Below, piece by piece: positions 29,975 through 39,034 of a stretch of DNA of 64,000 nucleotides (positions are counted from its first letter, which is position 1; each line of letters starts with the position of its first letter). Made by a program: the position numbers and the translations under genes. The notes below the pieces were generated by a model that made no database searches, was not told where the DNA came from, and saw only the letters and a list, made by a program, of their open reading frames with translations. The stretch is from contig CAWIYG010000001.1 of assembly GCA_963840215.1 (NCBI GenBank), positions 583,704-647,703 of the forward strand, in the 5' to 3' direction. The stretch comes from an uncultured Gemmatimonadales bacterium. GTDB taxonomy: Bacteria; Gemmatimonadota; Gemmatimonadetes; Gemmatimonadales; GWC2-71-9.

Positions 29975-31081
29975 GTGACTGCGAGCTACGATGTTATCGT
30001 CGTGGGCGGTGGCCCTGTCGGGGCGGCGTGCGCGCGGGAGCTGTCGCTCGCCGGACGGCGGGTGCTGGTGCTCGAGCCCGGCGGGGAGATGGGCCAGGCG
30101 TGGCACGCCGCCGCCGGCATGCTCGCGCCCCAGATCGAGGCCAACGACGACGACCCGCTCCTCGAGCTGGGCCTCGCGGGCCGCGAGCTGTATTCGCCGC
30201 TCGCCGAGCAGCTGCGGGAGTCGACGGGCATCGACCTCGGGCTCTGGCGGGAAGGTATCGCCTGTGTCGCCGCGAATGAAGCGGAGGCGGCGGCACTGCG
30301 CTCCCGTTGCGGCTGGCAGCGGCAGCACGGACACCTGACCGACTGGCTCGACGCGGAGGAGGTCAAGGCCCGCTGGCCATGGCTCGGGCCGACGGCCGGC
30401 GCCCTCTGGGCGGCGCGCGAGGGCGCGCTCGAGCCCTCGAAGCTCGTCGCCGCGCTCCTGGCCGACGCCGCGCGGCTCGGCGCGGTGCTGCTGCGGGACT
30501 CCGCGGTCGCGCTCGAGCAGCGTGGCGACCGGGTCGTCGGCGTGGTCGGCCAGTCCGCCCGCTACGCCTCGGCCGACGTGGTCCTGGCGGCCGGCGCGTG
30601 GTCCGGCGCGCTCGAAGGGCTGCCGCGGCCCGTCGCAGTGGCACCGGTGCGCGGCCAGATGGCCGCACTGCCCTGGCCCGAGGGCGCCCGGCGCGCGATC
30701 GTCTACGGCCACGGCTGCTACATCATGGCTCGCGGCGACGAGGCGATCGTGGGATCGACGATGGAGTATGCGGGCTTCCGGTCCGAGGTCACCGCTCCCG
30801 GCATCGCACGGATCTTCAGCGGCGTGACGGCGCTCTGCCCTCGACTCACGCCTTCAGCCGCCACGCGGAGATGGGCCGGCCTCCGACCCGTGACGCCTGA
30901 CGGGCTGCCCCTCATCGGTGCGGAGCCTCGGCTCCCCGGGCTCTGGTACGCGACGGGCCACGGGCGCAACGGGATTCTGCTCGCGGGGATCACGGGCGTG
31001 ATCATCCGCCAGCTGGTCACCGGCGAGGCGACGGTCGAGGCCATCGACGCGTTCGCGCCCGGCCGATTCTGGTCGTGGTAA
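29975..31081 (+). CDS. thiO: Glycine oxidase ThiO / D-amino-acid oxidase family
   Basis: GGGPVG, AAAGMLAP, PVRGQM, GSTME, WAGLRP.TPDGLP, GHGRNGILLA. Confidence 0.85.
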   Translation: MTASYDVIVVGGGPVGAACARELSLAGRRVLVLEPGGEMGQAWHAAAGMLAPQIEANDDDPLLELGLAGRELYSPLAEQLRESTGIDLGLWREGIACVAANEAEAAALRSRCGWQRQHGHLTDWLDAEEVKARWPWLGPTAGALWAAREGALEPSKLVAALLADAARLGAVLLRDSAVALEQRGDRVVGVVGQSARYASADVVLAAGAWSGALEGLPRPVAVAPVRGQMAALPWPEGARRAIVYGHGCYIMARGDEAIVGSTMEYAGFRSEVTAPGIARIFSGVTALCPRLTPSAATRRWAGLRPVTPDGLPLIGAEPRLPGLWYATGHGRNGILLAGITGVIIRQLVTGEATVEAIDAFAPGRFWSW

Positions 31082-31431
31082 ATCGGAGTCGCCGACTACC
31101 GCACCGCAGAGGTCAGTAGAGCAGTAGAACGAACCTGCACCCCCTGCAGCCCGATAGCCGGCGACTGTCGCGCTGTCGCGTGCGTCCGCGCATTCGCACA
31201 GTCCGTGCCGTTCCTTTGCTCTGCGGTTTCACGCCCTTCCGCCCTCCTGCCGCCCCGCGACCTCACAGCAGGCCGCTTCCTGGCCCCGCCGCGCCCTCTC
31301 TGTCCTCGCTTCTGCTCCCGACGCCCGAAAAGTGACCGGCCCACGAGACACCTTGCTCGGCTGAGGTGGCGCCCGCAGTACGCGCCGGCCGTCTGCGCCG
31401 GATTCATCGGCCGGCCCGGCACCGGAGAAAC

Positions 31432-31457
31432 CAATCCGTTCCTCCTCGGCGGCCGTA
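31432..31457 (+). promoter_or_regulatory. Candidate SigK/RpoT-type ECF promoter of the DUF4331 operon
   Basis: CAATCC-16 nt-CGTA, 50 nt upstream of ATG 31508; resembles the ATCC/CG(T/A)A promoters of RskA-controlled ECF sigmas, and one such sigma is encoded downstream. Confidence 0.6.
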
Positions 31458-31507
31458 CGAGGGCTGCAAGGTTGTCCGTCCCTCACATGCACAGGAGAAG
31501 GAACGCC

Positions 31508-32254
31508 ATGATCATCAGACCGGTCCCCCGCCGGCAGTGGATCGCCGCAGGCGCCGCGCTCGCGCTCTGCGGCACCGTCGCGATCGCGGTCGCACGGGCG
31601 TCCGACCACCAGGATACGCCCTTCGTGGAGCTCAACCCCAAGACCGACCTGACCGACGTCTACGCCTTCGCGGGCGGCGCCGGTCGCATTGTCCTCGCCA
31701 TGGACACGCGTGCCTTCTTGACTCCGGCGCAGGCCACCGACCCGGCGGAGGCATCGTTCGACACCGACCTGCTCTACCAGTTCAAGATCGACACCGATGG
31801 CGACGCGCTGGAGGACAAGGTCATCCAGGTCACCTTCACCGGCGAGGGGGCGAGCCAGCAGGTCGAGGTCCGCGGGCCGATCGCGCCGCCGACCAGGGGC
31901 GCGATGGAGAACACGGTGGCGGACGTGACGCCGGCCGTGACCGGCGCCCTCGGCACCGCACTGGGCAGCAGCGGCGGGATGCAGGTATTCGCCGGCCCTC
32001 GCGACGATCCGTTCTTCATCGACCTCGAGGCCGCGTTCTGTATCCTGCCCGACCGCCGCCCCGTTCAGGGCGAGCTGTCGAGTTCCTGCGCCCTCACGCC
32101 GAGCCAGCCCGGCACGCCGTTCTACTTCCGCAATCCCGGCGTCAACTACGTCAGCGGCTTCAACGTCAATTCCATCGTGATCGAGCTGCCCACGTCGCAG
32201 ATCGAGGGCAGCGCGCCCGGCCCGGTCGGCATTTGGGGCACCGTCAGCCAGTGA
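31508..32254 (+). CDS. DUF4331 family exported protein (N-terminal-half type)
   Basis: Signal peptide ending ARA-SDHQDTP; DLTDVYAF, LYQFKID.DGD, VFAGPRDDPFFIDL, NVNSIVIELP. Confidence 0.85.
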   Translation: MIIRPVPRRQWIAAGAALALCGTVAIAVARASDHQDTPFVELNPKTDLTDVYAFAGGAGRIVLAMDTRAFLTPAQATDPAEASFDTDLLYQFKIDTDGDALEDKVIQVTFTGEGASQQVEVRGPIAPPTRGAMENTVADVTPAVTGALGTALGSSGGMQVFAGPRDDPFFIDLEAAFCILPDRRPVQGELSSSCALTPSQPGTPFYFRNPGVNYVSGFNVNSIVIELPTSQIEGSAPGPVGIWGTVSQ

Positions 32255-32289
32255 TCATCCACCGGACCAGAATCCACAAGGAGAACACG

Positions 32290-32868
32290 ATGCAGCGAAT
32301 GACTTTCACCTGTGTGACGCGCCGGCTGGCGCTCGCCGGGGCCGTCGCGGCGGTGGGCCTGGCGGCCACTGGGTGCAGCGACGACGACAACGGCGGCACC
32401 GGCCCGGCAGTCCCCCGGATGTACAATCAGGTACAGAGGCTGGGGAATCCGCTCGTGAGCGAGGTCCTGCTGTCCAAGCGGAGCCACCCCACGCACGGCT
32501 CGATCGGGCCGGATCAGGACGCGGCGCTCGTAGCGCCCGAAGTGGTGGACTTCCTGACCACCGTGGCCGGCCGGGATCCGGCCTATATCCAGGCGATCGC
32601 GCCCGCGCTGATCCCCGACCTCCTGGTGGTGGACACGAGCAAGGATCCCTCCGGGCCGGCAGGGTGGCTCACCTGGCTGCCGCAGTTGGGAGCCGGCTAC
32701 GGCGGCCGCAAGCTGACCGACGACGTGGTGGACCTCGCGCTGACCGCGGTCTTTGGCGATGCCCTCGGCGACGCGGCCAATGCCACGCCGGAGCTCACCA
32801 CCGACTTCGTCGGCAACGATTCACCCAACATCACCGGCACCTTCCCCTACCTCGCGCCGCCGAACTGA
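32290..32868 (+). CDS. DUF4331 family lipoprotein (C-terminal-half type)
   Basis: Lipobox ATGC; QVQRLGNPLVSEVL, PDLL, GGRKLTDDVVD, FPYLAPPN. Confidence 0.82.
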   Translation: MQRMTFTCVTRRLALAGAVAAVGLAATGCSDDDNGGTGPAVPRMYNQVQRLGNPLVSEVLLSKRSHPTHGSIGPDQDAALVAPEVVDFLTTVAGRDPAYIQAIAPALIPDLLVVDTSKDPSGPAGWLTWLPQLGAGYGGRKLTDDVVDLALTAVFGDALGDAANATPELTTDFVGNDSPNITGTFPYLAPPN

Positions 32869-32878
32869 CGGCGCAGGC

Positions 32879-32906
32879 GCATCCGGCCGCCCTGGCGGCC
32901 GGACGC
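32879..32906 (+). terminator. Intra-operon hairpin after the DUF4331 pair
   Basis: GCATCCGGCCGCC-ct-GGCGGCCGGACGC. Confidence 0.5.
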
Positions 32907-32929
32907 TCCGGGATTTGAAAGGAACATAG

Positions 32930-34234
32930 ATGCACCGCAGCGCATGGTACGCAGCCGTCGCCGCGCTGGCTCTGGCCGGCGCCGTGGGCATCGTGACCGC
33001 GGCGTCCCCCTCCGGCGGGGGGCGGAAACCCACGGCAGTCGCGCCGTCCGGGGCGCGTATCCGCGACCTGGACATCACATTCTACCTCGCCCGCGTGGCC
33101 CGCGATCCGTTGAGCGCCCGCGACTTCACTCAGCTCGCCGGGCTCTATCTGCGGCGCGCGCGGGAGACGGCCGACAACGAAGACCTCGTCCGGGCGGAGG
33201 AGACGGCCCGGCACTCGCTCGCACTCCGCCGCGGACGAAACGACGAGGCGTACGGTGTCCTCGCGTCGAGCCTGATGGGGCAGCACCGCTTTGCCGAGGC
33301 GCTCGCGGTGTCCCACGGCCTGCTTACGGCCGATTCGACCTCGATCGCGGCCCGCGGCCTCGTGGCCGAAGCCGAGCTGGAGCTGGGGCGGTACGCCGAG
33401 GCCGGACGCGAGTTCGGGAGGCTCGCCACCTATCAGGCCGACCTCGGCGTCGCGCCGCGGCTGGCGCGCTGGGCGGAGCTGCGGGGACGGCCTCAGGAAG
33501 CGCGGCGGCTCCTCCGACAGGCGCTCGGCGCCGCGCGCCGGCGCCACGGCATGCCCCGCGAGCAGGTCGCGTGGTTCCATCTCCGGCTCGGCGACCTGGC
33601 GCTCCGGGCGGGCCAGCTCGACGAAGCCGAGCGCGAGCTCGCCGCTGGGCTCGAGATCCTGCCCGGTGACCACCGGCTCCTCGGCACCCTGGCGCGCCTG
33701 CATGCCGTGCGGCACGACTGGCGCCGCGCCGCCGACGTCGGCGAGCTGGCCGTCTCGCGTGCACTCGATCCCGCGACGCTGGGCCTGCTGCACGACGCCT
33801 GGACCGCGCTGGGCGACAGCGCGAAGGCCGCGGAGTACTACCGCGCCATGGCCATCACGGTGCTGCGCCAGCCGGGTCCCTACCACCGCGGGTGGAGCCT
33901 GTTTCTGCTCGACCACGACCGCGAGGTGCCCCGGGTGCTCGCCAACGTACGGAACGAGCTGCGCACCCGCCGCGACGTCTATGGCTACGACCTCCTCGCG
34001 TGGGCGCTTCACAAGTCGGGCCGGGACGCCGAGGCCCAGGCGCCGGCGGCCCGGGCGCTCGCACTCGGCACGCGGGACGCCATGCTGTTCTATCACGCGG
34101 GCATGATCGCCCGCGCGGTCGGCGATACCGCGGTGGCCCGCGCGCGGCTCGACACCGCGCTCGCGATCAACCCGTACTGGCATCCGTCGCAGCCCGCCGA
34201 GGCGCGTGCGGCGCTGGATGCGCTTACCCGGTAG
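32930..34234 (+). CDS. Exported tetratricopeptide repeat protein
   Basis: Signal/anchor; Ala-rich helical repeats, YLRRARETAD, ELGRYAEA, YDLLAWALHKSG, ALAINP. Confidence 0.85.
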   Translation: MHRSAWYAAVAALALAGAVGIVTAASPSGGGRKPTAVAPSGARIRDLDITFYLARVARDPLSARDFTQLAGLYLRRARETADNEDLVRAEETARHSLALRRGRNDEAYGVLASSLMGQHRFAEALAVSHGLLTADSTSIAARGLVAEAELELGRYAEAGREFGRLATYQADLGVAPRLARWAELRGRPQEARRLLRQALGAARRRHGMPREQVAWFHLRLGDLALRAGQLDEAERELAAGLEILPGDHRLLGTLARLHAVRHDWRRAADVGELAVSRALDPATLGLLHDAWTALGDSAKAAEYYRAMAITVLRQPGPYHRGWSLFLLDHDREVPRVLANVRNELRTRRDVYGYDLLAWALHKSGRDAEAQAPAARALALGTRDAMLFYHAGMIARAVGDTAVARARLDTALAINPYWHPSQPAEARAALDALTR

Positions 34235-34243
34235 GCGGGGCTA

Positions 34244-34849
34244 ATGTCCGACCTCCTGACCTTTATCCAGCTGGGGTTCCGCCACATCACCGACCTGGCG
34301 GCGCTCGACCACATCCTGTTCCTGGTCGCGCTCGCCGCGATCTATCGGGGGCGCGACTGGCGCGACCTGCTGTGGGTGATCTCCGCGTTCACCGTCGGCC
34401 ACTCGATCACGCTCGGCCTCGCGGCCACCGGCGCGCTCCGGCTCTCGACCGCGCTGATCGAGTTCCTGATCCCGGTCACGATCCTGGCGACGGGTCTCGA
34501 GAACCTCCTGGCGCGCCGGCGCGAGCGGGCGCCGCTCGGGGGCGCATACCGGCCGGTCCTCGCAAGCGGCTTCGGCCTGGTGCACGGCGCCGGGTTTGCG
34601 AACTACCTGCAGAGTCTGTTCGTCGGCTCGATCGTGGTCCCGCTGCTCGGCTTCAACATCGGCATCGAGCTGGGCCAGCTCGTCCTGCTCGGTGCGGCGG
34701 CGCTGGGCCTCACCGGCCTGGATCGCGCCCTGGCACGGCTTCGCGCGCCGGACGCGCGGCCGTCGGTCTATCGGCTGCGCGTGGTCGCCGTCTCGATGGT
34801 TGTGGTCGTGGTCGCGGCCGGGATGGCCGCCCGCCGGGCGCCCTGGTAG
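34244..34849 (+). CDS. HupE/UreJ family membrane protein
   Basis: GFRHI...DHILFL, AFTVGHSITL, FGLVHGAGF, FNIGIELGQ. Confidence 0.9.
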   Translation: MSDLLTFIQLGFRHITDLAALDHILFLVALAAIYRGRDWRDLLWVISAFTVGHSITLGLAATGALRLSTALIEFLIPVTILATGLENLLARRRERAPLGGAYRPVLASGFGLVHGAGFANYLQSLFVGSIVVPLLGFNIGIELGQLVLLGAAALGLTGLDRALARLRAPDARPSVYRLRVVAVSMVVVVVAAGMAARRAPW

Positions 34850-34850
34850 C

Positions 34851-35312
34851 ATGGCCGCGCCCTGGATCGCGCTGCTCGCGCTCGCGCTCGCCGCCGGGCG
34901 GGCCCACCCGATCCACACGGCGGTGACCGAGGTGACACAGGAGGACGCGAGCGGCCGGACCTCGATCCTGGTGCGGGCGTACGCCGACGATTTCGCCGCC
35001 GCTGTGCCCGCGTGGGATGGCCCGGCGCCGGCCGACTCCGGGATGGCACGCTATCTCCGCTCGACGCTCGCGCTCGCGGACCGCACCGGGCGCCCGGTGC
35101 GCCTGGCCTGGATCGGCGCCGAGCGCTCGGGTGAGGTGATCCTGCTCCGCCTCCGCGGCGAGGTCCCGGGCGGGCTCGCTGGGGCGCGGATCACGAGCCT
35201 CGTGCTGTGCGAGCGCTTCGAGGACCAGGTGAACGTCGTGCGCGCGGCGTACGCCGGTCGCACCACGACGCTCCTCTTCACCAGGGGCGAGACGTCCAAA
35301 GTTCTCCCGTGA
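34851..35312 (+). CDS. DUF6702-like exported protein
   Basis: Signal peptide then HPIHTAVTE; RAYADDF, ERFEDQVNVV. Confidence 0.72.
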   Translation: MAAPWIALLALALAAGRAHPIHTAVTEVTQEDASGRTSILVRAYADDFAAAVPAWDGPAPADSGMARYLRSTLALADRTGRPVRLAWIGAERSGEVILLRLRGEVPGGLAGARITSLVLCERFEDQVNVVRAAYAGRTTTLLFTRGETSKVLP

Positions 35313-35410
35313 CCGAGGCTGCTTGTGGACGCTCCACGGTGGCGTGTAGACTCTCAGTTGTTCCACGCGCCGATGCCGCCGTTCTCGGGAGTGTCTTCGA
35401 CCCATGCCGC

Positions 35411-36010
35411 ATGTCTGACCCAGCCGCCCTGCCGTCCGTCGACGGCGAACTCATCGCGCGCGCCGCGCGCGGTGACGAGCGGGCGATCGGGCAGCTGTAC
35501 GATCGCTACGGTGGCGTGCTCTACGCCGTCGCGTACCGCATCGTGGGGCAGCGGGCCGACGCGGAAGAGGCGGTCCTCGAAGCGTTCGCCCAGGCCTGGC
35601 GCGACGCGCCCCGGTTCGAGGCGGGCCGCGGCTCGGTGGCGGGCTGGCTCACGATGATCGCCCGGAGCCGGGCGCTCGACATGGTCCGGGCCCGGAGCCG
35701 GCGCGACCGGATCACGGCCTCCGCGGCGGCCGATCGGCCGAACACCTCGCCGGCTATGGGGGAGTTCCGCCCGGACCCGGCCAAGGCCCTCGAGCACGAC
35801 GAGCGGCGGCACCAGGTCCACCAGGCGCTGCAGACGCTGAGTCCGCCCCAGCGGCAGGCGATCGAGCTGGCATACTTCGAGGGACTGTCCCAGTCGGAGA
35901 TCGCCGAGCGGCTCCAGGAGCCGCTCGGCACCGTGAAGACGCGGGTGCGGCTCGGCATGCAGAAGCTGCGCGAGTGTCTGCGGCCCTTCTACTTCGAGCG
36001 TGGCATATGA
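35411..36010 (+). CDS. ECF RNA polymerase sigma factor (SigK-like)
   Basis: LYDRY, DAEEAVLEAF, WLTMIARSRALD, LAYFEGLSQSEIA..LQEPLGTVKTRVRLG. Confidence 0.93.
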   Translation: MSDPAALPSVDGELIARAARGDERAIGQLYDRYGGVLYAVAYRIVGQRADAEEAVLEAFAQAWRDAPRFEAGRGSVAGWLTMIARSRALDMVRARSRRDRITASAAADRPNTSPAMGEFRPDPAKALEHDERRHQVHQALQTLSPPQRQAIELAYFEGLSQSEIAERLQEPLGTVKTRVRLGMQKLRECLRPFYFERGI

Positions 36011-36825
36011 CCGGCCCGGCTGACGACGCGCCGCTCGACCTCGCCGCCGCCTACACCCTTGGCGCGCTGTCGCCCGAGGAGGCGCGGGAATTCGAGGTGT
36101 TCGTCGCGAGTTCGCCGGAGGCGCAGCGTGAAGTGGCGGAGTACCGCGAGGTGGCGGCGCTGCTCGCCCTGGGTGGCGAGGCGGCCGCGGCCGGCGACAC
36201 CCTGCGCGAGCGAGTGCTGGCGCGAATCGGCGAGACCAAGACACGCGCCATCCCGACTGGAGCCGCACCCGGAACGCCCGCCGCGGCGGCGCCCGCGCGC
36301 GTCCAGGGCGTGCCGTGGCTCGCGCTTGCCGCCAGCCTGCTCCTGGCCGTCGGCCTGGGCGCCGCCCTGGTCTCGGCGCGGGGACGGCTCGCGGCGGTCG
36401 AGACCGAGCTCGCGGCGCGCGAGCTGGCGCTGGCCCAGTTCCGCAAGCGCCTCACGGAGCGCGAGGCGACCCTCAACTCGATCCTGGATCCAGCGGTCCG
36501 GCTGTTCCAGCTCACCGCGACCGGCGACGCCGAGCCCGGGATTCAGCTCTTCTGGAATCGGCAGCAGCAGCGTGCCATCGTGCACGCCTACCGCCTCAAG
36601 GCGTTGCCCTCCGGCCGGGCGTACCAGCTGTGGTTCTTCAGGGACGGGAAGCCGGTGCCGTCGGTCACGTTCAAGCCCGAGCCGGACGGCCACGCCAAGG
36701 TGGAGAGTATTCCGGTGCCGACGGACGGCTCGGTCAGCGCCGCGGCCGTGACCGTCGAACCCGAAGCCGGCTCCGCCCAGCCGACCTCGCCCATCGTGAT
36801 GGTGGGAACGCTGCAGCAGTCCTGA
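36007..36825 (+). CDS. Anti-sigma factor, RskA-type
   Basis: LAAAYTLGAL, single TM, coiled coil, YQLW, AVTVEPEAGS.QPT; ATGA overlap with the sigma gene. Confidence 0.9.
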   Translation: MTGPADDAPLDLAAAYTLGALSPEEAREFEVFVASSPEAQREVAEYREVAALLALGGEAAAAGDTLRERVLARIGETKTRAIPTGAAPGTPAAAAPARVQGVPWLALAASLLLAVGLGAALVSARGRLAAVETELAARELALAQFRKRLTEREATLNSILDPAVRLFQLTATGDAEPGIQLFWNRQQQRAIVHAYRLKALPSGRAYQLWFFRDGKPVPSVTFKPEPDGHAKVESIPVPTDGSVSAAAVTVEPEAGSAQPTSPIVMVGTLQQS

Positions 36826-36832
36826 CCCCGAC

Positions 36833-37726
36833 ATGCACCGGCGCACGGCGGAGATGCAGGCGCGGCGCGCGGTTGCCCTGGCGATCGCGGTGGTGGCCCA
36901 CGCCGCCGTCCTCGCTGGACAGGCGGCCCCGGATGCTGCCGCCGAACGCCCGGCGTACGTCGCGTGGCTCACAACGGCCCGCACCTCACCACGCGCCGCG
37001 ATCGCCCAGCAGCCCATCGGCGCCGGCCTCCGGCTCGGACCGCCCGACGCCGACGTGCCCCTCGACGGCCTCGCCGAGCAGCGGGTGGAGCAGCGCGGCG
37101 GCGCGATCACCCTCGCGTCCGCGGGTGGCTCGCGGCCCATCACGCGCGGGGCGCCCGTCCGCCTCGGATCGTACACGCTGACCGCCGACGGGCCACCCGG
37201 ACGGGCGGTGCTCACGGTCTTCGGCCCCCGGCACACCGCCAAGCCTCCCCTCCACTACGACCATCAGCCCGGCCTCGTCTTCGTCGGGCCCCTGCTTGCG
37301 CCCGAGTCCAGGGGCACCGTGCGCGTGCTCGGCGCGGATGGCATCGAGGTCGAGGCGGCCGAAGCCGGCAGCGTGCTGGTGCCGATCGGCGGCGGGCGCG
37401 TGCGCCTTCGGGTGCGGCGGCTGCCCATCGCCGGCGGAGAGGAATCGGAGCTGGAGATCTTCTTCCGGGACGGCACGAACGGACGGGGCACCTATCCGGC
37501 CGGGCGGTTCGTCGCCCTGGTGCCCGATCGGGACGGGCGGTACCGCCTGGACTTCAATGGCGCCCGCAATCCGTTCTGCGCCTACAGCTCGGCGTATCCG
37601 TGCCCAGCGCCATGGCGAGGGAATGCGATCGACGCGCCGGTCGAAGCGGGCGAACGGTATGCGGGCGGCGGGCTCGAGGCGCCGGCCGAGCCACCGGATC
37701 CGGTTACTCCGAAGGCCCGGCCGTGA
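36833..37726 (+). CDS. DUF1684 domain exported protein
   Basis: FRDGTNGRGTYPAGRF, LDFNGARNPFCAYSSAYPCP, N.I..PVEAGER. Confidence 0.88.
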   Translation: MHRRTAEMQARRAVALAIAVVAHAAVLAGQAAPDAAAERPAYVAWLTTARTSPRAAIAQQPIGAGLRLGPPDADVPLDGLAEQRVEQRGGAITLASAGGSRPITRGAPVRLGSYTLTADGPPGRAVLTVFGPRHTAKPPLHYDHQPGLVFVGPLLAPESRGTVRVLGADGIEVEAAEAGSVLVPIGGGRVRLRVRRLPIAGGEESELEIFFRDGTNGRGTYPAGRFVALVPDRDGRYRLDFNGARNPFCAYSSAYPCPAPWRGNAIDAPVEAGERYAGGGLEAPAEPPDPVTPKARP

Positions 37727-39003
37727 GATCGGCGCTCTGGGCCGTGGCGGCGGGCCTCGTCGTGTGGGCGCCTTCAGCACCGGGTCCGGCGGCGCGGCCC
37801 CTGCCATCCGCCGTCCCGCCGCGGCCTGCGCTGACCGGCGACCGGCAGCCAGGTGCCTCGTCGAGCGTCGCGGGTGCCTGGCGCGCGGCACTCGATCTGG
37901 CCGGGGGCGCGCTGCCCTTCGCGCTCGAGCTCGCAGGCGGAGGGGCCCGCTGGCGGGGCACCCTCTGCAACGGCCGCGTGTGCCAGCCGCTGTCCGCGGT
38001 GCGCGTGACCCCCGACAGCGTGACGCTCGAAATCGCCGACTACGACGCGACGATCCAGGCGAGGCTTGCGGGTGACTCCCTCATCGGCGCCTATCGCAAC
38101 GTGGGCAACCGCGGCCCGCGGGTGATTCCGTTCCGCGCGGCGCGCGGCCGCTGGCCGGTGACCCATGCGCCGGCCGCGCTCGCGGGCCGATGGGATGCCA
38201 CCTTCTTCTCGGACTTCGGGTCGAGCCCGAGAGTGTTCGAGCTGCGGGACGGGCCTCAGGGGTTCGAGGGGACGATGATCTCGAACACCGGCGACTACGG
38301 CCACTTCGCCGGGCAAGTGCGGGGCGACAGTTTCGCCCTGGCGCACTTCGATGGCGCCTACGTCTACATGCTGACCGGGGCCCGCCACGGCGACACCCTG
38401 CGCGGCGTCTTCCATGCAGGGCTCCGGACCCAGACGCCGTGGGTCGCGGTCCGCAGCACCGGCGCGGCCCACCTCAAGACACCGACCGAGATCACCACCG
38501 CCGACACCAGCGCCCCGTTCCGGTTCGCCTTTCCCGACCTCGAGGGACGGCTGGTGACCGAGCGGGACCCGCGATTCGCCGGCAAGGTGCTGCTGGTGGA
38601 TGTCTTCGGAAGCTGGTGCCCGACGTGTCATGACGCCGCGCCCCAGTTGGTCCGGCTGTACCGGAAGTACCACGCGCGTGGGCTCGAAATCGTGGGATTG
38701 GCCTACGAGGTCACCGGCGACACCGCGATCGACGCGCGGCAGGTGCGCCGGTACCGCCGGAAGTTCGGCATTTCGTTTCCGCTGCTGCTCGCCGGGATCA
38801 ACGATACGGAGGCGGCCGCGGCGACGCTGCCGCAGCTCCGGGGATTCACCTCGTTTCCGACGACCGTCTTCCTCGGGCGGGACGGACGCGTCCGGCTGGT
38901 GCACGCAGGCTTCTACGGCCCGGCGACGGGCGCGCAGCACCAGCGGATGGTCCGCGAATTCGAGCGGGAGGTGGAGCGGCTCCTGGCCGAGCGGCCGGAG
39001 TGA
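37723..39003 (+). CDS. Exported TlpA-family disulfide reductase with two N-terminal beta domains
   Basis: GSWCPTCHD, GLEIVGLAYE, SFPTTVFLGRDG; repeated G.W.A segments in the N-terminal part. Confidence 0.88.
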   Translation: MRSALWAVAAGLVVWAPSAPGPAARPLPSAVPPRPALTGDRQPGASSSVAGAWRAALDLAGGALPFALELAGGGARWRGTLCNGRVCQPLSAVRVTPDSVTLEIADYDATIQARLAGDSLIGAYRNVGNRGPRVIPFRAARGRWPVTHAPAALAGRWDATFFSDFGSSPRVFELRDGPQGFEGTMISNTGDYGHFAGQVRGDSFALAHFDGAYVYMLTGARHGDTLRGVFHAGLRTQTPWVAVRSTGAAHLKTPTEITTADTSAPFRFAFPDLEGRLVTERDPRFAGKVLLVDVFGSWCPTCHDAAPQLVRLYRKYHARGLEIVGLAYEVTGDTAIDARQVRRYRRKFGISFPLLLAGINDTEAAAATLPQLRGFTSFPTTVFLGRDGRVRLVHAGFYGPATGAQHQRMVREFEREVERLLAERPE

Positions 39004-39034
39004 GCCGGCGGGCGGGCCGCCCTCGGGCGGACCG

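Noticed and set aside
31085-31230. Retron msr-msd, SRP RNA or tRNA
   Set aside because: No reverse transcriptase in the window, no SRP GGAA-loop motif and no tRNA T-loop. Kept only as an unassigned ncRNA candidate.
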